Shown here one piece after another: positions 63,502 through 64,000 of a stretch of DNA of 64,000 nucleotides. Location of the stretch: NCBI RefSeq assembly GCF_018977255.1, contig NW_024704742.1:7504001-7568000 (forward strand). Reading direction: 5' to 3'. The translations under genes and the position numbers were made by a program. Every line of letters begins with the position of its first letter. Within the stretch, counting starts at the first letter, position 1. Source of the stretch: Callorhinchus milii. Its lineage: Eukaryota. The notes under the pieces are model-generated. The model was not told the origin of the DNA, did no database searches, and worked only from the letters and a program-made list of their open reading frames with translations.

Positions 63502-64000
63502 ATAATGGGAAAGTGTTCCATTTCCCAGGATCATCCCTCACCTTGGTAAGCCTGGAATTCATAACCAAAGATTTAATTGAGATCAGATTTCCAGACATTT
63601 TGGAAGATGCAGCATTCACCAACCTATAAGCAACCTGAGTTCATGGCATCTCTCAGTTTTAATTGCAGAAAAGATAATAGCTGCCAGTACCTTCCAAGTT
63701 ATCAAATACATTGTTTTTGCAAAGAAGTTCTAAATCAAAATGAAGTAAAGACTATTAAGTATAATTGCAAATCACTGTTATGATTTTAACCACAACAAAA
63801 CACATTTTTACTGCACTGGCAATGACTGGTATATTTTTCTTTAAAAATAATTAAGTATTTGCATCAGTTTATTAAAATGTAGGTGTTAATATAAACAGGC
63901 TGTCAACTATGATTCAGTCAATATTTACTAATCCTGTACAAGAATGAGCTTTCAGTAATCTCAAGTGTCCTTTTTAATAGTTCACATCAGGCTTTAATAT

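Noticed and set aside
1..64000. CRISPR array or prokaryotic operon/defence system
   Set aside because: Repeats are dispersed retroposons in both orientations, there is no regular repeat-spacer pattern, and coding density is very low

Overview
Eukaryotic, AT-leaning, repeat-rich non-coding DNA (large intron or gene desert). It is most likely from a cartilaginous fish, possibly a chimaera/elephant-shark-like genome; this is inferred from repeat content only. The window is dominated by: (A) >25 copies of a young tRNA(Ala)-headed SINE with a CORE-like block, a Deu-like block and an L2-type stem-loop + (ATT)n tail; (B) older DeuSINE (SacSINE1/AmnSINE1-type) copies; (C) 5'-truncated L2 LINEs ending in (TTG)n; (D) CR1 LINE fragments; and two further old SINE-like families (E, F). 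There is also one Penelope-type terminus with a decayed minimal hammerhead ribozyme. Nearly all ORFs in the track are repeat-derived or chance, and no intact gene was recognised. There are a few low-confidence minus-strand exon candidates and several repeat-free blocks rich in TF motifs (possible conserved enhancers). The best-supported oddity is one SINE at 32.9-33.5 kb carrying two short templated patches. Each patch is copied from the flank of a different same-orientation SINE copy, about 12.45 kb to the left and about 12.25 kb to the right. Family names come from recalled consensus sequences and were not database-checked. Repeat boundaries are approximate.
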